From positions 40,734,001 through 40,798,000 of the forward strand of contig OZ024745.1 of NCBI GenBank assembly GCA_964016885.1: DNA of 64,000 nt. Reading direction: 5' to 3'. Shown piece after piece: positions 29,186-44,614 of the stretch (positions are counted from its first letter, which is position 1; each line of letters starts with the position of its first letter). Under the pieces are notes generated by a model that worked only from the letters and a program-made list of their open reading frames with translations, searched no databases and was not told where the DNA came from. This DNA comes from Eledone cirrhosa. Taxonomy: Eukaryota. The position numbers and the translations under genes were made by a program.

Positions 29186-30008
29186 TCTAAGGCGGGTAAA
29201 ATTCCCGAGATCCATGGACGAGTTCTCTCCAACGTTTTTTTTCCTCATTATCGCTGCCATGTCCTGTGTCTCCAACAGACCAGTGTCTGTCCTTAGGGCA
29301 TCAACATACGTTAACCTTGGTCTTCCTCTTCTAGTGTGTCCATGTAGGGGCTCCGAAAGGAGCACTGAGTGCAATGTCAACTCTGGATATCGGTGAGCAT
29401 GTCCAGCTAACCTCAGTCTCCTCTGTGTCACTTTTGAGCTGACTTTTAGGATGCTCCCATACACTCTGAGTTTTTCATCCTTAATGTATACTGATTAATG
29501 TTCTGAGCCATCCTCAACATTCTCGTGTAGCACCCACCCATCATCTGAGTGAGTTTCTTGGTCAGTGTCCAAGTCTCAGACCCATACAGCAGCACAGACT
29601 CCACTAGAGGCGGATTTTCGGGTCTCTACGAAGGTCCGACTTCCACACCGATCTCAAGCTGTGGCATGCCGCCCAGGCCTTGCTCTTCCTCTTAACCACA
29701 TCATCTTCCGTATTCTCAATCTTTGCTCCCAAATACAGGAAGCCCTCAGCCAATTCAAGCGGCTTCCCGCCTACATTAGTGATCCCCTCTGGCTTCTCAA
29801 CATTCTCTACCAGATATACACTCATCGACACTGTCTCAACCTCCCGCATCAAATCCTCTGCCTGCTTCACTGTATTTGTCACCAAAACTATGTCGGGAAA
29901 TTCAGCATCCGATACCTTTTTCGCCCTAACTCTCCTGTTCTGAGCCGGTGCTACAGTAAAGCCATAGTCCTGGTGTTTCTCCAGTGCAAGGCGCATACAA
30001 TAGTCTAA
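29183..30008 (-). mobile_element. RTE-clade LINE 3' fragment in (TA)n
   Basis: [46 protein letters not shown]. Confidence 0.85.
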
Positions 30009-30049
30009 TGTATATATATGTATATATATATATAATAGACTATTGTATA

Positions 30050-30148
<99 letters not shown>

Positions 30149-30689
30149 GTATATATATATATGTATATATATGTGTATGTATATATGTGTGTATATATAT
30201 ATATAAACTAACTAATCCATCTGAATAACAAACTATCCTCTTGTATTATCTGTGTTAACTGCCGAATGTATTTTAATTTTGTTTTAATTTTGTTTTAATT
30301 TTAATTTTGATTTTGATCTTAAATTTGAATTGCTATACAGAAATAAGATAGTATAATATATGTCACCCCACTGTACATCAATATATATATATGTATCTGT
30401 TTGACTCTTGAGTTGGAAAGGAGGTCAATTATGTGTACAAACATTGAAAAATGCTCCGAAGACACCAAACCTATATTTGGATGAAACAATTGTAAGTGAA
30501 TAAATGCTTTGATCATAGCTTTGATTCTTGTGAATTCTATATAACTGCTCTGTAGAACAACTGATGTTATTATATTGAGCTATTTATCTTACTGGTAATA
30601 AGGTAGTAATAAATTACTGACCTTCACTGTTTAGGGTTTAAAATATACATAACTATAAAAAGTGTCAGTATATACATGAATAGTATCCT

Positions 30690-32049
<1,360 letters not shown>

Positions 32050-32987
32050 TATTGTTATACTTTGGGTGGGTCATGTTGCCAATAAGAAACACACGCACCA
32101 AACGCTTTAACTTCAATTTATTATAATAAATTTATAAATTTCCGGTTGGTTGGTAGGTTCCACAACCAGGTAGTTGTTTATATATTGTCAAAGTTCTTTC
32201 TTCACACATTATGTGACCTCTTCAGTGACTGGGGATTCATTTCTTTGTTTTGTGCCTCTCCTTTGTTCTGTCCTACACCATTTTGTTTCTGTGTGTGTGT
32301 TGTGTGCTCAGTCTGCGCATGCACGACATCCGGGTGTCTGTGTATGTTTATATTCGTTTATTTATTTGTTTATTTACATGTTACAATTTGGTTGTTTGTT
32401 CTATGTGCGTGTGTGTTTTCATTTTGTCCTTAATTGTAAGTTGTGATGTTGCTGTACCACTCATATTTTCTATTTAACACACACATCAACAATAATAACA
32501 TACTCAGAAACAACAATAACAGACACGCAGACACAAACAACAATAACAACACAAACAACAATAATAACACACAGGGAGACAACAACAACCACACACATCA
32601 ACAACAGCACACATCAACAACAACAAACACACACACACACATTCAATGCCTCACCACCACCACAATCCTAACAAACACACAGACACAGAAATCAAGGAAT
32701 GACAGTAGCTCAAAAATAAGGGAAGGTAATAGGATTAAAAGGTGAAGGGAGACTATGGACTAAGAAAATAACCAAGACGAACACACAGACACACAAAATA
32801 GATTAGATAATAATAATGACCCAGTGGAAAGAGACAGGAGTAATCATGAGAGACATAGAAACAACTATGAGGCTGTTGGTGGAAATAGAAATGGAAACAA
32901 CACAACTAACAATAACAATAGCACTAGTACACATAAATCAGCAGCCTGGAACTCTACTTTTATAATCCCTCCGATAAGTCGTTCGAC

Positions 32988-35330
32988 TTGCGACGAGTCC
33001 ACGCCACGCATTTACCATTTAACAAACGCACACAATTGCCGTCGCAGGTCGATGAACAAACAGAAGCACAATTTAGTATAGCTAGATCCGAACTTAGAAA
33101 TATAATAGAAAAGTATAGCGAGAAGCATAATAGAATGGAGGCCCAGCAACTGGGAGAAAAATCTGCAAATGGCTTGCGTAAGCTCATGCAGCACTCGCGT
33201 AATGGAGAGATAGCATGCTTTCCAACAGACAAGTCTGGCAGAATGTCGGTTGACAGCCTGCCAAATTACATCCAGGCAATGCAACCCCACATCACTAACA
33301 CAAGAGAAGTAACACCACAGGAGCATGAGGATAGAGAAAAAGCCCTCAATGCCCATATGGTGATGTGGACGAATATAATTCAGCCCAACAAAAGGACTGC
33401 CAACAACTTCCAGGCCTGGAACAATGACGTTCCGGCGTTGTATGGGCTTCGAAAAGACCATAAAACGGGCAGTGACCCTGTCACGGGACCACCAACACGG
33501 CCAGTCTGTGGAGCTAACATTGCTAGTAACTACAGACTGTCCTACTTCCTCTCCCTGATCATACGCCCCATCATTGAAATGTCCCCAGATGTATGTGACA
33601 GCACGGAGGACCTCCTCAGCAGAATCGGCGAGAGTAACTGATCTAGGTACCAAACAAACTGCATAATAGGTAGCATGGATGTTGTGTCCCTGTATCCATC
33701 TATTGACGTGGACTTTGCTGTGGAGAAATGCGTAGAAATGATCAGTGAGAGCAATGTGGAGTTCCGTGGGGTTGATACCAGTGAGCTGGGACTCCTACTT
33801 AAACTTACCTATAGTAATAATTACCTAGACACAAATGACCTTAGCAACCTGTGCCCTACAAGACCAGCAAGAGGCAGACCACCTACCATTACCTCAATGG
33901 CCAAGAAAACCCACACAGATAGATGGAACGGGTGGACCAGAGCCATACGGACACCCGAAAACCAGGATGAACTGAAGAAAATGAATGCACATGCGGTGGG
34001 GGCCAGCATAAAATTAACCCTTAAGGAACATATGTTCAAATTTAAGGGAAAAACATATGCCCAAGAGGAAGGAGCAGCCATTGGTGTTAGCATTGCAGGC
34101 GACATAGCTAACTTATTCATGGTATGGTGGGACAGTAGACTTAAACTTAAACTTAAAGAACAATTAGAAGACCCCTTAAACCTGATAATGTACTCCCGAT
34201 ACGTTGATGATATAAACATCGTAGTTAAGACATCCCCACTAGACAACAGTCAGGAATTAGAGAAAAACACAATGGAAAGCATCCAGCAAATAGCTAAGTC
34301 CATCCACCAGAGTATTAGAGTTACTATAGACTACCCAAGTAAACACCCCAACCACCGATTACCTGTACTAGACACAGAGCTCTGGTTAGATACCATTAAC
34401 AACCAAAAACAAATCCTCCATTCCCATTATGCCAAACCCATGACTTCCAAACATCTCATCCACCGAAACTCGGCCATTTCGGACCATACCAAAATCAACA
34501 TACTGATTGCGGATTTGGTAGGGGTGATGAGAAATGTGTCCCGCATGTGCAACCCCGAAGAACTAGAGAGACACATACAACACTTCATCCACCGTATGCA
34601 GTTCTCTGGCTACAATCAGAGAGATAGAATCAGAGTGTATAGAGGAGCCAGAACCAAATGGGAAAAAATGGTAAATAATGATATAAATGGGACCTGCCCC
34701 TTGTATAGGAGCAAATTTTGGAATAGAATAGAAAGAACTAGGAACAAGGCCAATAGAATAAACTCATGGTATGATAGCAATAAATACCAGAGTGTAATGT
34801 TCATCAATACAACCCCTAGAGGCGAACTAGCCTACAAATTTAGAAGGGCCTTAAATAAACATAAACTCAATATTAAGATAGTAGAAAGACCAGGTACCTC
34901 CGTAAAAACACTTATTAGCAAGACATACCCGTTCCAAAGACCCTCATGTATAGATAAGAAATGTATAACCTGTAAAATAAGCCCCCATATTAACTGTAAA
35001 ACTAGAAATGTAGTGTATAGCATGAGATGTACTGAAGGACAATGTAGAAACAAAAATATAGTGTACATAGGTGAGACAGCTCGTAGTATAGGGGAACGGA
35101 TAAATGAACACTGGCGAGACCTTCAAGATAATAAAGAATCATCTGTACTCTACCAACATGCTAAGATAGAACACAAGGGTAAATTAGAGAACATAGAAAT
35201 GAAAATAGAATCCACACACAGAAAAGATGCAATGTTTAGGCAAATTACAGAGGCAGTAAGCATAAAAGAATTACAACCGAAACTAATTAGAATATATGAG
35301 TGGAACAGCAACATCACAACTTACAATTAA
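32988..35330 (+). pseudogene. PLE RT-GIY-YIG polyprotein, 5'-truncated, one in-frame TGA at 33639
   Basis: PTDKSGR, LYGLRKDHK, PTRPVC, SMDVVSLYPSI, GAAIG, YSRYVDD, LPVLDTELW, Cys linker, VVY..YIGETARS..RINEH; the two ORF pieces are in the same frame. Confidence 0.92.
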
Positions 35331-35534
35331 GGACAAAATGAAAACACACACACACATAGAACAAACAACCAACCAACAACATGTAAATAAATAAACAAAT
35401 AGATAAATGAACACAAACACACACAGACACCCGGATGTGGCGCATGCGCAAACTGAGCACACAACACACACACAGAAACAAAATGGCGTAGGACAGAAGA
35501 AAGGAAAGGCACAGAAACAAAGAAAGGAATCCCC

Positions 35535-35579
35535 AGTCACTGAAGAGGTCACAGAGTGTGTGACGAAAGGGCTATGACT
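35535..35579 (+). ncRNA. Type I minimal hammerhead ribozyme
   Basis: agtca-CTGAAGA-g gtcaca gagtg tgtgac-GAAA-gggc-TA-tgact; decayed copies at ~32188-32230 (-) and ~62464-62506 (+). Confidence 0.75.
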
Positions 35580-35799
35580 ATATATAAACAACTATCTGGT
35601 TGTGGAACCAACCAACCAACCAGAAATTTATAAGTTTGTAGATTTGTAAATTTATAAATTTATAAATATATAATAAATTGAAGTGAAAGCAACTGGTGCG
35701 TGTGTTTCTTATTGGCAACATGACCCTCCCAAAGTATAACAATATCGGTTTCAACACACGATTTCAGATAAAGAATCTTGCTAAACAAATTCAGAAACG

Positions 35800-35869
<70 letters not shown>

Positions 35870-37721
35870 GTGTGTATGTGTGTGTGTGTGTATATATACA
35901 TGTGTTTGTATGTGTGCTTGTGTGTGCATATGTATTTACGTTTGTGGTGTCTATACAGAAATAATATAGAAATATTTTTACCAAAAAAAAACATAACAAT
36001 AGATCAAATTATAGATTTTTCATTGTTTCGCACAAAAGTCAAAAATGTTCATTCAACTGAACGTCCACCTTTTGAACTAACATAAGTTATTTAACATTTC
36101 ACAGATTCGTATCGCTTAAGTTACGTAATTCACAGCCAGTATGATGACTGTGTAATCCCAGTAAAGGCGCCAAAGTAACAAGTGGTGATATGTAGACAGT
36201 TGACGGTTAAGTTCACCATGTAATACCTCATACTTGAACGTGGTGGAAAAGACGCATTAAGGAATTTTGCCTTACACTCTAACAATTCGGCAAATCCAAT
36301 GGCCTGGATTGGAACTTTAATTTAACCTCTCCAAATTATGAAAAACCATATCAGCTGGATTTAATCCAAATTGGAAACAAAAACCACCAGGCAGTTTACT
36401 TATTCACTAACGATACTGAATATCCAATGAACTACTCGTGTTAATACGAAATTGCATCATATCTCACATTAGAGGGGCAGCAGAAAATGAATAAACAAAC
36501 ACGGATTACTTTCTTACTTTAATTTTCTTTAAACAAATGTAGTTATTTCCAAACGTTTCCATCCCACTATATAATGTGTTTTGGTTTTTTTTTCTCAGAT
36601 ATCAATGCCTCTTAACTCAGTAAAATAATATCTGTAACATCTTGTTATGTCACTTTTATCTGTGGAACTATAAAATCAATTCCTCGATACAGGCTCTACG
36701 CTTCGTCATAATTTCAGTTCTCGTATCTCTTTATGGTCACCAAAGAAAGTAGACTGCGCATTTTATTTCGGTTTAAGTCCATCTTCCAATGTATATTTAC
36801 AAGAGCTACTAGCAATTCATTCTTTATTAGGAATGTTAATATAGCTTTGTAGCGGCATCGTGTTTCGCAATATATTGCTGTAATTCATAGAACCTTATTA
36901 TCATATGAGGCTTATAGCTATTTACGTACAGAAATGTGTGATGCGATCAACAAATGTCAAACATTGAGGATATTTTAACCCTTATCTTACGGATATTGTA
37001 CACAGAACAATCTATTGGATACGCGACCCAGAGGCGTACTGATTTCTTAAAATTGTGATATATTATCAATAATGTAAAATGGACATTTTTTACCGGAAAA
37101 TCTCCAGATTCATAAAAGACTTGATACTACCACATCAATAGTTTTGAACGCAAAACTTCATATATATATGTGTGTGTGTGCGCGCAAATGTGTTCGTATG
37201 TGTGTGCGTGCATGTGTGTGTGTGCGCGTGTGCGTGCGTGTGTGTGTGTCCGTATATAAATACAGACATTCACTCATATGTATATATGCCACGCCAGGAT
37301 TCTGCCTGCTAACAGCACATTGTAACACAGTAAAACCAGCGTCATTGCGAGTTGTAGGAAACTCTGGTCTGGTGAGGAGGGTAAGTAAACCCCAGCATCA
37401 CAAAAAACGAGCTCTATAGAGGACGGATGAACCACTCAGAATCAACGGCCATCACCAACCCGCAATTGGACAAGCGTGGTCCAGATCCAAACACGAATGG
37501 GTGGAGGTACACCAGGGACTGGTTCTTCCAAAAGGAGTGAGGAAGCCCTTGATTGAATTGGATAAATAAATAAATAAATAAATAAATATATATATAAATG
37601 AAAGGTATAGAAAACATTGTAGCAAAAAGCCAACAGTATTCCATAATATATAAGTGACTATAGCGTCAAAATGGGGAAAATATTTAACGTAAGATGTGGG
37701 AAAAAATAATTCAAACTCAAC

Positions 37722-37751
<30 letters not shown>

Positions 37752-37755
<4 letters not shown>

Positions 37756-39888
37756 GGTGGTCCAGAATACCACATTTTACAAAAAATGTCTTTTTTTTAG
37801 CTCCCTGTGAATTTTCTCATGCCATTTTCTATATTATCAATTTAAAATGTAATTCCGATTATTTCAGACTAATTTCAGCCTTGCCTAATAGTTGCAAATT
37901 GGTAGAATAATGGCGGAAACTAGTGGGCCTAGTTGTAGCTACTCGCTCCGTTGTGATGATCGAGAAACATGGCTCCTGGGGCAATATGTTACATCCTTTT
38001 CACCAAACAAAATCCCAATAAAGGGGGATTTTCTAAGATATTTCTTCTACCTGAATAGATGGTCCTATGAAACACGAAAAGCATGCGAGCTTCAATGGTG
38101 CTATTGCGGATAGGCTTGTGATGGAAGTAGTTAGTCAGTGGGAAAAAGCTGGTGTAGCGATTCAACGAAAAGACAAAGTGAAACTGAAAATTATGAACAT
38201 GTACAGTGAATATTGAAATTTACAAAAAATCAAAGGTCCTAAATCAAACAAAGATAAGGAAGCACTATTTATTTCTGAATTGAATTCGTATTTCTATATT
38301 GCACATACTGATGCTGAAAAGAAAATGTTTAAACACCGTTTTCATAATAATTGTTTCTACTTTAGGCACAAGGCCAGAAATTACCCAGTACATTACTGTT
38401 CATAATAATGAAAAGAAAATGGAACATCCTACATTTTTCGAAGCCCTGCCTTGCCAGAAAAGGTATCTCTGGGTGCTGAAGACAAGGGTTACGGGAAAAT
38501 GGTATCTTTAAAGTTTAAGCGTGATCAGCTTTCTGTGGCTCGTCGAGAGTCAGAGAACCATGAGAGAACCATAGAAAGTGTGTGTCAGGATCTGTAGCAG
38601 CACAACTTCCGCGTAATGAACTGAGTGATTCAAGTTCAACCAATGTTGAAACTGAAGATGAACAGGATCCTGAATTTCAGGCCTCAAACCCACCCAGAGA
38701 CAGCTCAAGGTCAGACAAGAAACGAAAAGTTCAGCTGGAACTCCCAAGGAATCCATTTCAAAGTCCAACAATTTCTCTAATGGCTGATCGTTTAAACCTG
38801 ACACTGGGCCAGAGAACAGCATTTATGGTATCGATTATTTCTGAGGGTGGGACTGACATAGACGCCACAATTCTCTCCAAGCAGACGTGCAGCTAAGAAG
38901 ATCAGAAATGTGGGGGCTGAACACATAAAGGAACAATTTTCTGTACCAGACTTTGTTACCTTGCATTGGAATGGCAAAATAATTCCTGGTGTCCACGAGA
39001 GGCTAGGTGTGCTAGTTGCTGGAACCCCGGACTTCAGAGAAGGTAAACTTTTCGGTGTTCCCATAATTCTTGATGGCACTAGAACGACCCAAGCCAAAGC
39101 ATCATTTGATCTTGTTAAAGATTGGAATGTTGATGGGTCTGTGGTCGGCTTGGTCTTCGACACAACTGCTTCGAATTCTGAATGGAAAAATGGTGCCTGC
39201 GTGAAACTAGAATCCGAGAAGAAACAAATAGCCCAACGTCTTGTCAAAACGAAAACATCTGTGCCTCTCGGCCGTGGTGCTCCAGTATTTCCCGAGTTGA
39301 ATTGGTCCACGAAGCTGCCTTATCTAGTTCGGAATTAATCAAGGCTTCTGTTCGACTCCTTGGTCTCGATGATACTTGGCGTGAGCTGTCACCTGCAACT
39401 TGGTCATCACAAGCGTCATATTAAAATGCCTGTGCTGTTGTTCACAATATCAAGGTAGTCTACAATCTGGCGGAGAGAGCAGTGAACTTGATAACTGGGT
39501 TTGTTGCCATCACCAAGAATGAGGAGGAGAAGCAGTGTGTTCTTCAAGTAGCCGAAGCTCATCGTCGCAAGGTCCCGGATTTCAAAAAAGAAACTCTGAA
39601 AATAATGACAGGAGTTAACTTAACTGAACTTGTTTCTTCCTTGTACGCCTTTATATTCAAAGCTGGTTTACTAAATATAATGTATTAATAAAATAAACAA
39701 TTATTGTATAGTCATATTTGGTTTCACATTTTCATGATTTCATGCAACATAATCACACTTTCCACTATAATCACCATGATATAGGCAAAACTCAAAATAA
39801 TTTATTTTATACAAAATATGTTTTAATATACCAATTAGGGCATTTATAATAGAAAGATACACAGGGAGCGTTCGTATTCTGACCCTGC
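37752..39888 (+). mobile_element. Decayed DDE DNA transposon (Sola-like), internally deleted, with a SINE fragment at ~38340-38392
   Basis: LHWNGK, ERLGV, LFGVP, GLVFDTTASNS..NGAC, NLAERAV; imperfect terminal inverted repeats (cagaatac/gtattctg; gctccctgtg/cacagggagc). Superfamily assignment is tentative. Confidence 0.7.
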
Positions 39889-39925
39889 TTTTTATGGCAC
39901 ACACTTATATATATATATATATATA

Positions 39926-40426
39926 TAGGGGAACTATTTCTAAATTTTACCATCTATATTTAAGTTCTCTTGCTTGCTATTTGATTTTTTTTTTGGCAAT
40001 GCATCAATGTATATATATATATATATATATTGTTATATTTATGGAGGGTCATGTTGTTATAATATTTGTTTCTTCTTTTGGCACAAGGCCAGCAATTACC
40101 CAGTGCATTATTGGTACTTTATTTAATCAAGATTTTGATATGTAATCTAGTATTGAAACAAGTATTTTATATTTTTAACTGATGGTTAAACAATGATAAC
40201 CATTGATTTCCAGCTAAATTAACTATAGGTCTATGAAATATACGTGAGTGAAAACCAACCCAAACCAAACTGAGTGTGTTCTATTATACATTTCTGGCAA
40301 TATTTTAACTTTGCCTTTCATCCTACGGGGTCGATTAAATAAAGTACCAGTAATGCACTGGGTAATTGCTAGCCTTGTGCCAAAAGAAGAAACAAATATT
40401 ATAACAACATGACCCTCCATAAATAT

Positions 40427-40466
<40 letters not shown>

Positions 40467-40546
40467 TGATGCATTGCCAAAAAAAAAATCAAATAGCAAG
40501 CAAGAGAACTTAAATATAGACGGTAAAATTTAGAAATAGTTCCCCT
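39926..40546. repeat. ~200-bp inverted duplication (39926-40128 / 40333-40546) containing a SINE 3' part fused to a PLE terminus
   Basis: Near-identical reverse-complement arms; the ORF track shows the same peptide on both strands. Confidence 0.9.
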
Positions 40547-40782
40547 ATCTCTCTCACTTTCTCTTTCCTTCTCTACTCTACCTCTCTCTCTCCCTCTCTC
40601 TCTCTTTGTATATATATATATATATATATATATAGTAATAATAATAAATGTGAAGACTAAAATCCAAAGATAAGTATAAATATATATCAAATATATAAGA
40701 ACCGTAGAGCAAATATTTATTGAAATAACAGATTAAAGTGTAAGCAAAGAATCGGTGCTTTCACACTTAACGGGATCTTGTG

Positions 40783-40865
40783 AATAATTTTGAGATAGAG
40801 CCCTCGTGATGTCTGCTCTAATCGGATTAGAGCAAACATCACGAGCGCTCTATCTGAAAATTATT
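40783..40865. repeat. ~40-bp-arm imperfect palindrome inside a TA-flanked ~400-bp insert
   Basis: aataatttt..gatagagc.ctcgtgatgt.tgctctaatc g gattagagca.acatcacgag.gctctatc..aaaattatt. Confidence 0.85.
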
Positions 40866-41065
40866 TTTGAAAAGCATTAGAAATGCGCAACCGGTAAATA
40901 TTTAAAACTAAAACTGAATACTAACCAATACTTATTACTAATTTATACTTATTCCTAATTAAACTATTTTTCACTGGGAAAAATGTGTCTGCATTTTCTT
41001 TTCCATTTTACTAATATATCACAACTCGTGTGTCACACCTCTATTTTTGTAAATATATATACATA

Positions 41066-41116
<51 letters not shown>

Positions 41117-42128
41117 GGGCAAATAGTATTTCAATTAACAACCTTCCGAAATAGCTAAGAATTCAAAGTGGCATTTCAGTTAGAAACCGAAAATATCTTC
41201 TAGTATGTCAATTTATAGGAGAATCACAAGAAAATTATTGGGGAACCTATGTATAACACCTCTATCTCTATTGGAGGCGTCAATTTAGCAGAATTGTTAC
41301 AGCTTTGGATTTGAAGTCTCAGTATGTTTCCTGTCCACTGCTCTGTGAATTCAAACCTCAATGAGAACAAATTTACTTTTCTTTCTTTCGGAGTCAGTAA
41401 ATAATGTGCCAATTCAGAGGCGGTAGATTGGTGGATTCGTTAATGAGTCAGCCTTGTTACTTTATAGTATCGTTTCTGGTTAAGTACATACGGACGTTAA
41501 ACCTTGCCTCCTTTCACAGATAAAGGTGTTACGGGCAAAATATTGTATCACGAGTGTAAAGACCAATGGAAAGTTCGTATATATCTGAGACAGACGGACT
41601 CAAATATACATTTAGCAGATCTATCATCAGAGTTTCACTAAGGAATTGCTTGTTGACACGAAGCTGTCACATATAATCAAATTCATACTGAACTATAGAG
41701 TTCATAAATATTTAGATGCAAACTTACATAATTCTAAATATAATACCCAGACATAACCGCACACACACACACACACACATACACACTCTCTCTCTCACAC
41801 ACACACACACATAACCGTATTTCTTTCTCTTTCATGATGGAATTCTCCTAAATTAATTTCATAAACCACACACAACGAAAGGGTTAATATTATCAAGGAA
41901 AACACATCATATATCATTAATTCAGATAACTGTGTACTTGTCTTTGTTCAAAACACAGAAGTTAAGGGTGAGAAAAAAAATAAAGAATGAGTGTTAATTA
42001 CGGGTGATGGGAGGTCGTGAGGATTTTGAGAGAAATGACAGAAAATGTAGACAATAGAATTATAAGGAAAATGTGATAAAGAAGGTAAGGAATGGACAAA
42101 TGGACACGTACACATACGTACACTCAAA

Positions 42129-42197
<69 letters not shown>

Positions 42198-42485
42198 ACA
42201 CACACAGGCACATGCACACAAACACAGCCAAATATATATATGTGTGTGTGAATATGTGTGTGTGTGCGCGCCATATAGGATACATCTTAAAACAGTGAGA
42301 GAAACATAATTCACCTTACATCATGTATGCAGCTACAAAATTAATGCTGACGTAATACAACTGATCTTTTCACGACAGTAGTTGAATTCTGATTCCTAGA
42401 GTCCAGTTCACCAACAATTGTGTGACCCAGGCCGAAATGCCGGTCAGAAATATAGTCGATTTTCCGCTGACGCGAGGCCAAGATT

Positions 42486-43137
42486 AAAACGATAAACGGA
42501 AAAAATGAAACGAAATTTCATTTCCCACTCTTAGTACGGCTGTTACTTAAATATAAGTATGTACACGTACATACATATATGTATACAGACGTACAGTAGT
42601 ATGTATATATATATATACATACATGCACACATATATATATGTACGTATGGATTCATATATATATATACATACTACTGTACGTCTGTATACATATATGTAT
42701 GTACGTGTACATATTTATATTTAAGTAACAGCCGTACTAAGAGAGAGAAATGAAATTTCGTTTCATTTTTTTCCGTTTATCGTTTTCGGTGCACCCGGCC
42801 GATTAACCCAGTCGATATGCAAATTGGGCTTCTCAGTTGTTAATATTCATAAGGTAAGTATATACGTTCAACAATCTGGCAGGAAGGTATACGTTGCTGA
42901 CGATAGCTAATAAGCTTGAAACTAGTACAGCGTTCCTTTGTCAGTGTTGAACAAACGAGCAACGATGGTTGCTGGACACTACGGCTTAATACCGGATGTT
43001 TGTTTAGAAACACATCGAGCATCATAATAAATGTTCGGTGAATCCATACGTACATATATATATGTGTGCATGTATGTATATATATATATACATACTACTG
43101 TACGTCTGTATACATATATGTATGTAGACATACTTAT
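42486..43137. repeat. Compound fold-back: arms 42486-~42615 / ~42656-42786, plus an inverted copy of ~42550-42655 at 43041-43137
   Basis: Direct reverse-complement matches. Confidence 0.85.
42891..42933 (+). ncRNA. Type I minimal hammerhead ribozyme
   Basis: acgttg-CTGACGA-t agct aata agct t-GAAA-ctag-TA-cagcgt; palindromic helix III. Confidence 0.8.
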
Positions 43138-43154
43138 ATATATACATATATTTA

Positions 43155-43190
<36 letters not shown>

Positions 43191-43192
<2 letters not shown>

Positions 43193-44219
43193 CTGGATTC
43201 CATGTGCGTTTCAACTGGGGTTGGCTTTTTTATTCGTTGGGACAAAGCCCGTTGATAAAGTATTTCCTGTCCGCCGCTCTCTAGAAGTCTTATATATTTT
43301 TATGTGGGCTGATAGGGGGCGGTTTAAGGAATTACAGAAACCCAAGAAGCTAGATTTACCATCTTTCTAGTGGGTCCGGGTAAGCTTTTTACATTCATAT
43401 GATTTATTGATTTATTGATATTTTATCTGAGTGACCCGAATCTTCCTGATCGTAATTTTTCGGTCGTATGGGTGATTTTAGACATAATCTTTGTGTGTTG
43501 GTATTTTAACGATAGTTATAGCTCTGATGTATCTGAATTATTGAGCCCTCTGCCACTCATGTCGAATTTTGTTTATCGTGAACCCGTGCGCCGATTTTTC
43601 GATACTCGATTATTCTACTATATTTAGCTCTAGACTTAGCTATTGACCAGTTAATTTTATTGTTCATTTTTTGTTGATTCTATTAAATGATGAATAGCTC
43701 CTGTTTATTTTAACATGTCTATTGAGCACTCTTATTCGATATGTGATTTCCCACATTCCCGAATATCTTTCGCGGATATAGAGGTTATCTCCCTTGCTGG
43801 ATTACATGTGCGTTTCAACTGGGGTTGGCTTTTTTATTCGTTTGGACAAAGCCCGTTGATAAAGTATTTCCTGTCCGCCGCTCTCTAGAAGTCTTATATA
43901 TTTTTATGTGGGCTGATAGGGGGCGGTTTAAGGAATTACAGAAACCCAAGAGGCTAGATTTACCATCTTTCTAGTGGGTCCGGGTAAGCTTTTTACATTC
44001 ATATGATTTATTGATTTATTGATATTTTATCTGAGTGACCCGAATCTTCCTGATCGTAATTTTTCGGTCGTATGGGTGATTTTAGACATAATCTTTGTGT
44101 GTTGGTATTTTAACGATAGTTATAGCTCTGATTTATCTGAATTATTGAGCCCTCTGCCACTCATGTCGAATTTTGTTTATCGTGAACTCGTGCGCCGATT
44201 TTTCAATACTCGATTATTC

Positions 44220-44225
<6 letters not shown>
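43191..44225. repeat. 604-bp tandem duplication (1.7 copies), TA-flanked
   Basis: tgctggatt.catgtgcgtttc at 43191 and 43795; duplicated ORFs at 43415 and 44019. Confidence 0.92.
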
Positions 44226-44258
<33 letters not shown>

Positions 44259-44507
44259 CATATATTTATATATATATATATAAACATATAGTTATATATA
44301 TATATATATACATATAGTTATATATATATATATATACATATATTTATATATATATATGCATATATTTATATATATATATATACATATATTTATATATATA
44401 TATGCATATATTTATATATATACATATATTTATATATATATATGCATATATTTATATATATATATATATATACATACATATATTTTTATATATATATATA
44501 TATATAC

Positions 44508-44547
<40 letters not shown>

Positions 44548-44550
44548 GTA

Positions 44551-44610
<60 letters not shown>

Positions 44611-44614
<4 letters not shown>

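Larger units (their letters stand above)
32050..35800 (+). mobile_element. Penelope-like element 2 with 5' inverted pLTR arm (32050-~32473 = reverse of ~35287-35744) and 3' tail
   Basis: Inverted repeat visible; RT-GIY-YIG ORF; HHR; TA flanks. Confidence 0.92.

Noticed and set aside
33639-33641. In-frame TGA as selenocysteine or readthrough
   Set aside because: Non-conserved position (charged/polar in element 5); a simple nonsense change is more likely and no SECIS was seen.
43680-43790. GIY-YIG-like ECGKSHIE on the minus strand of the 604-bp repeat
   Set aside because: Stops follow immediately and no other motif supports it.
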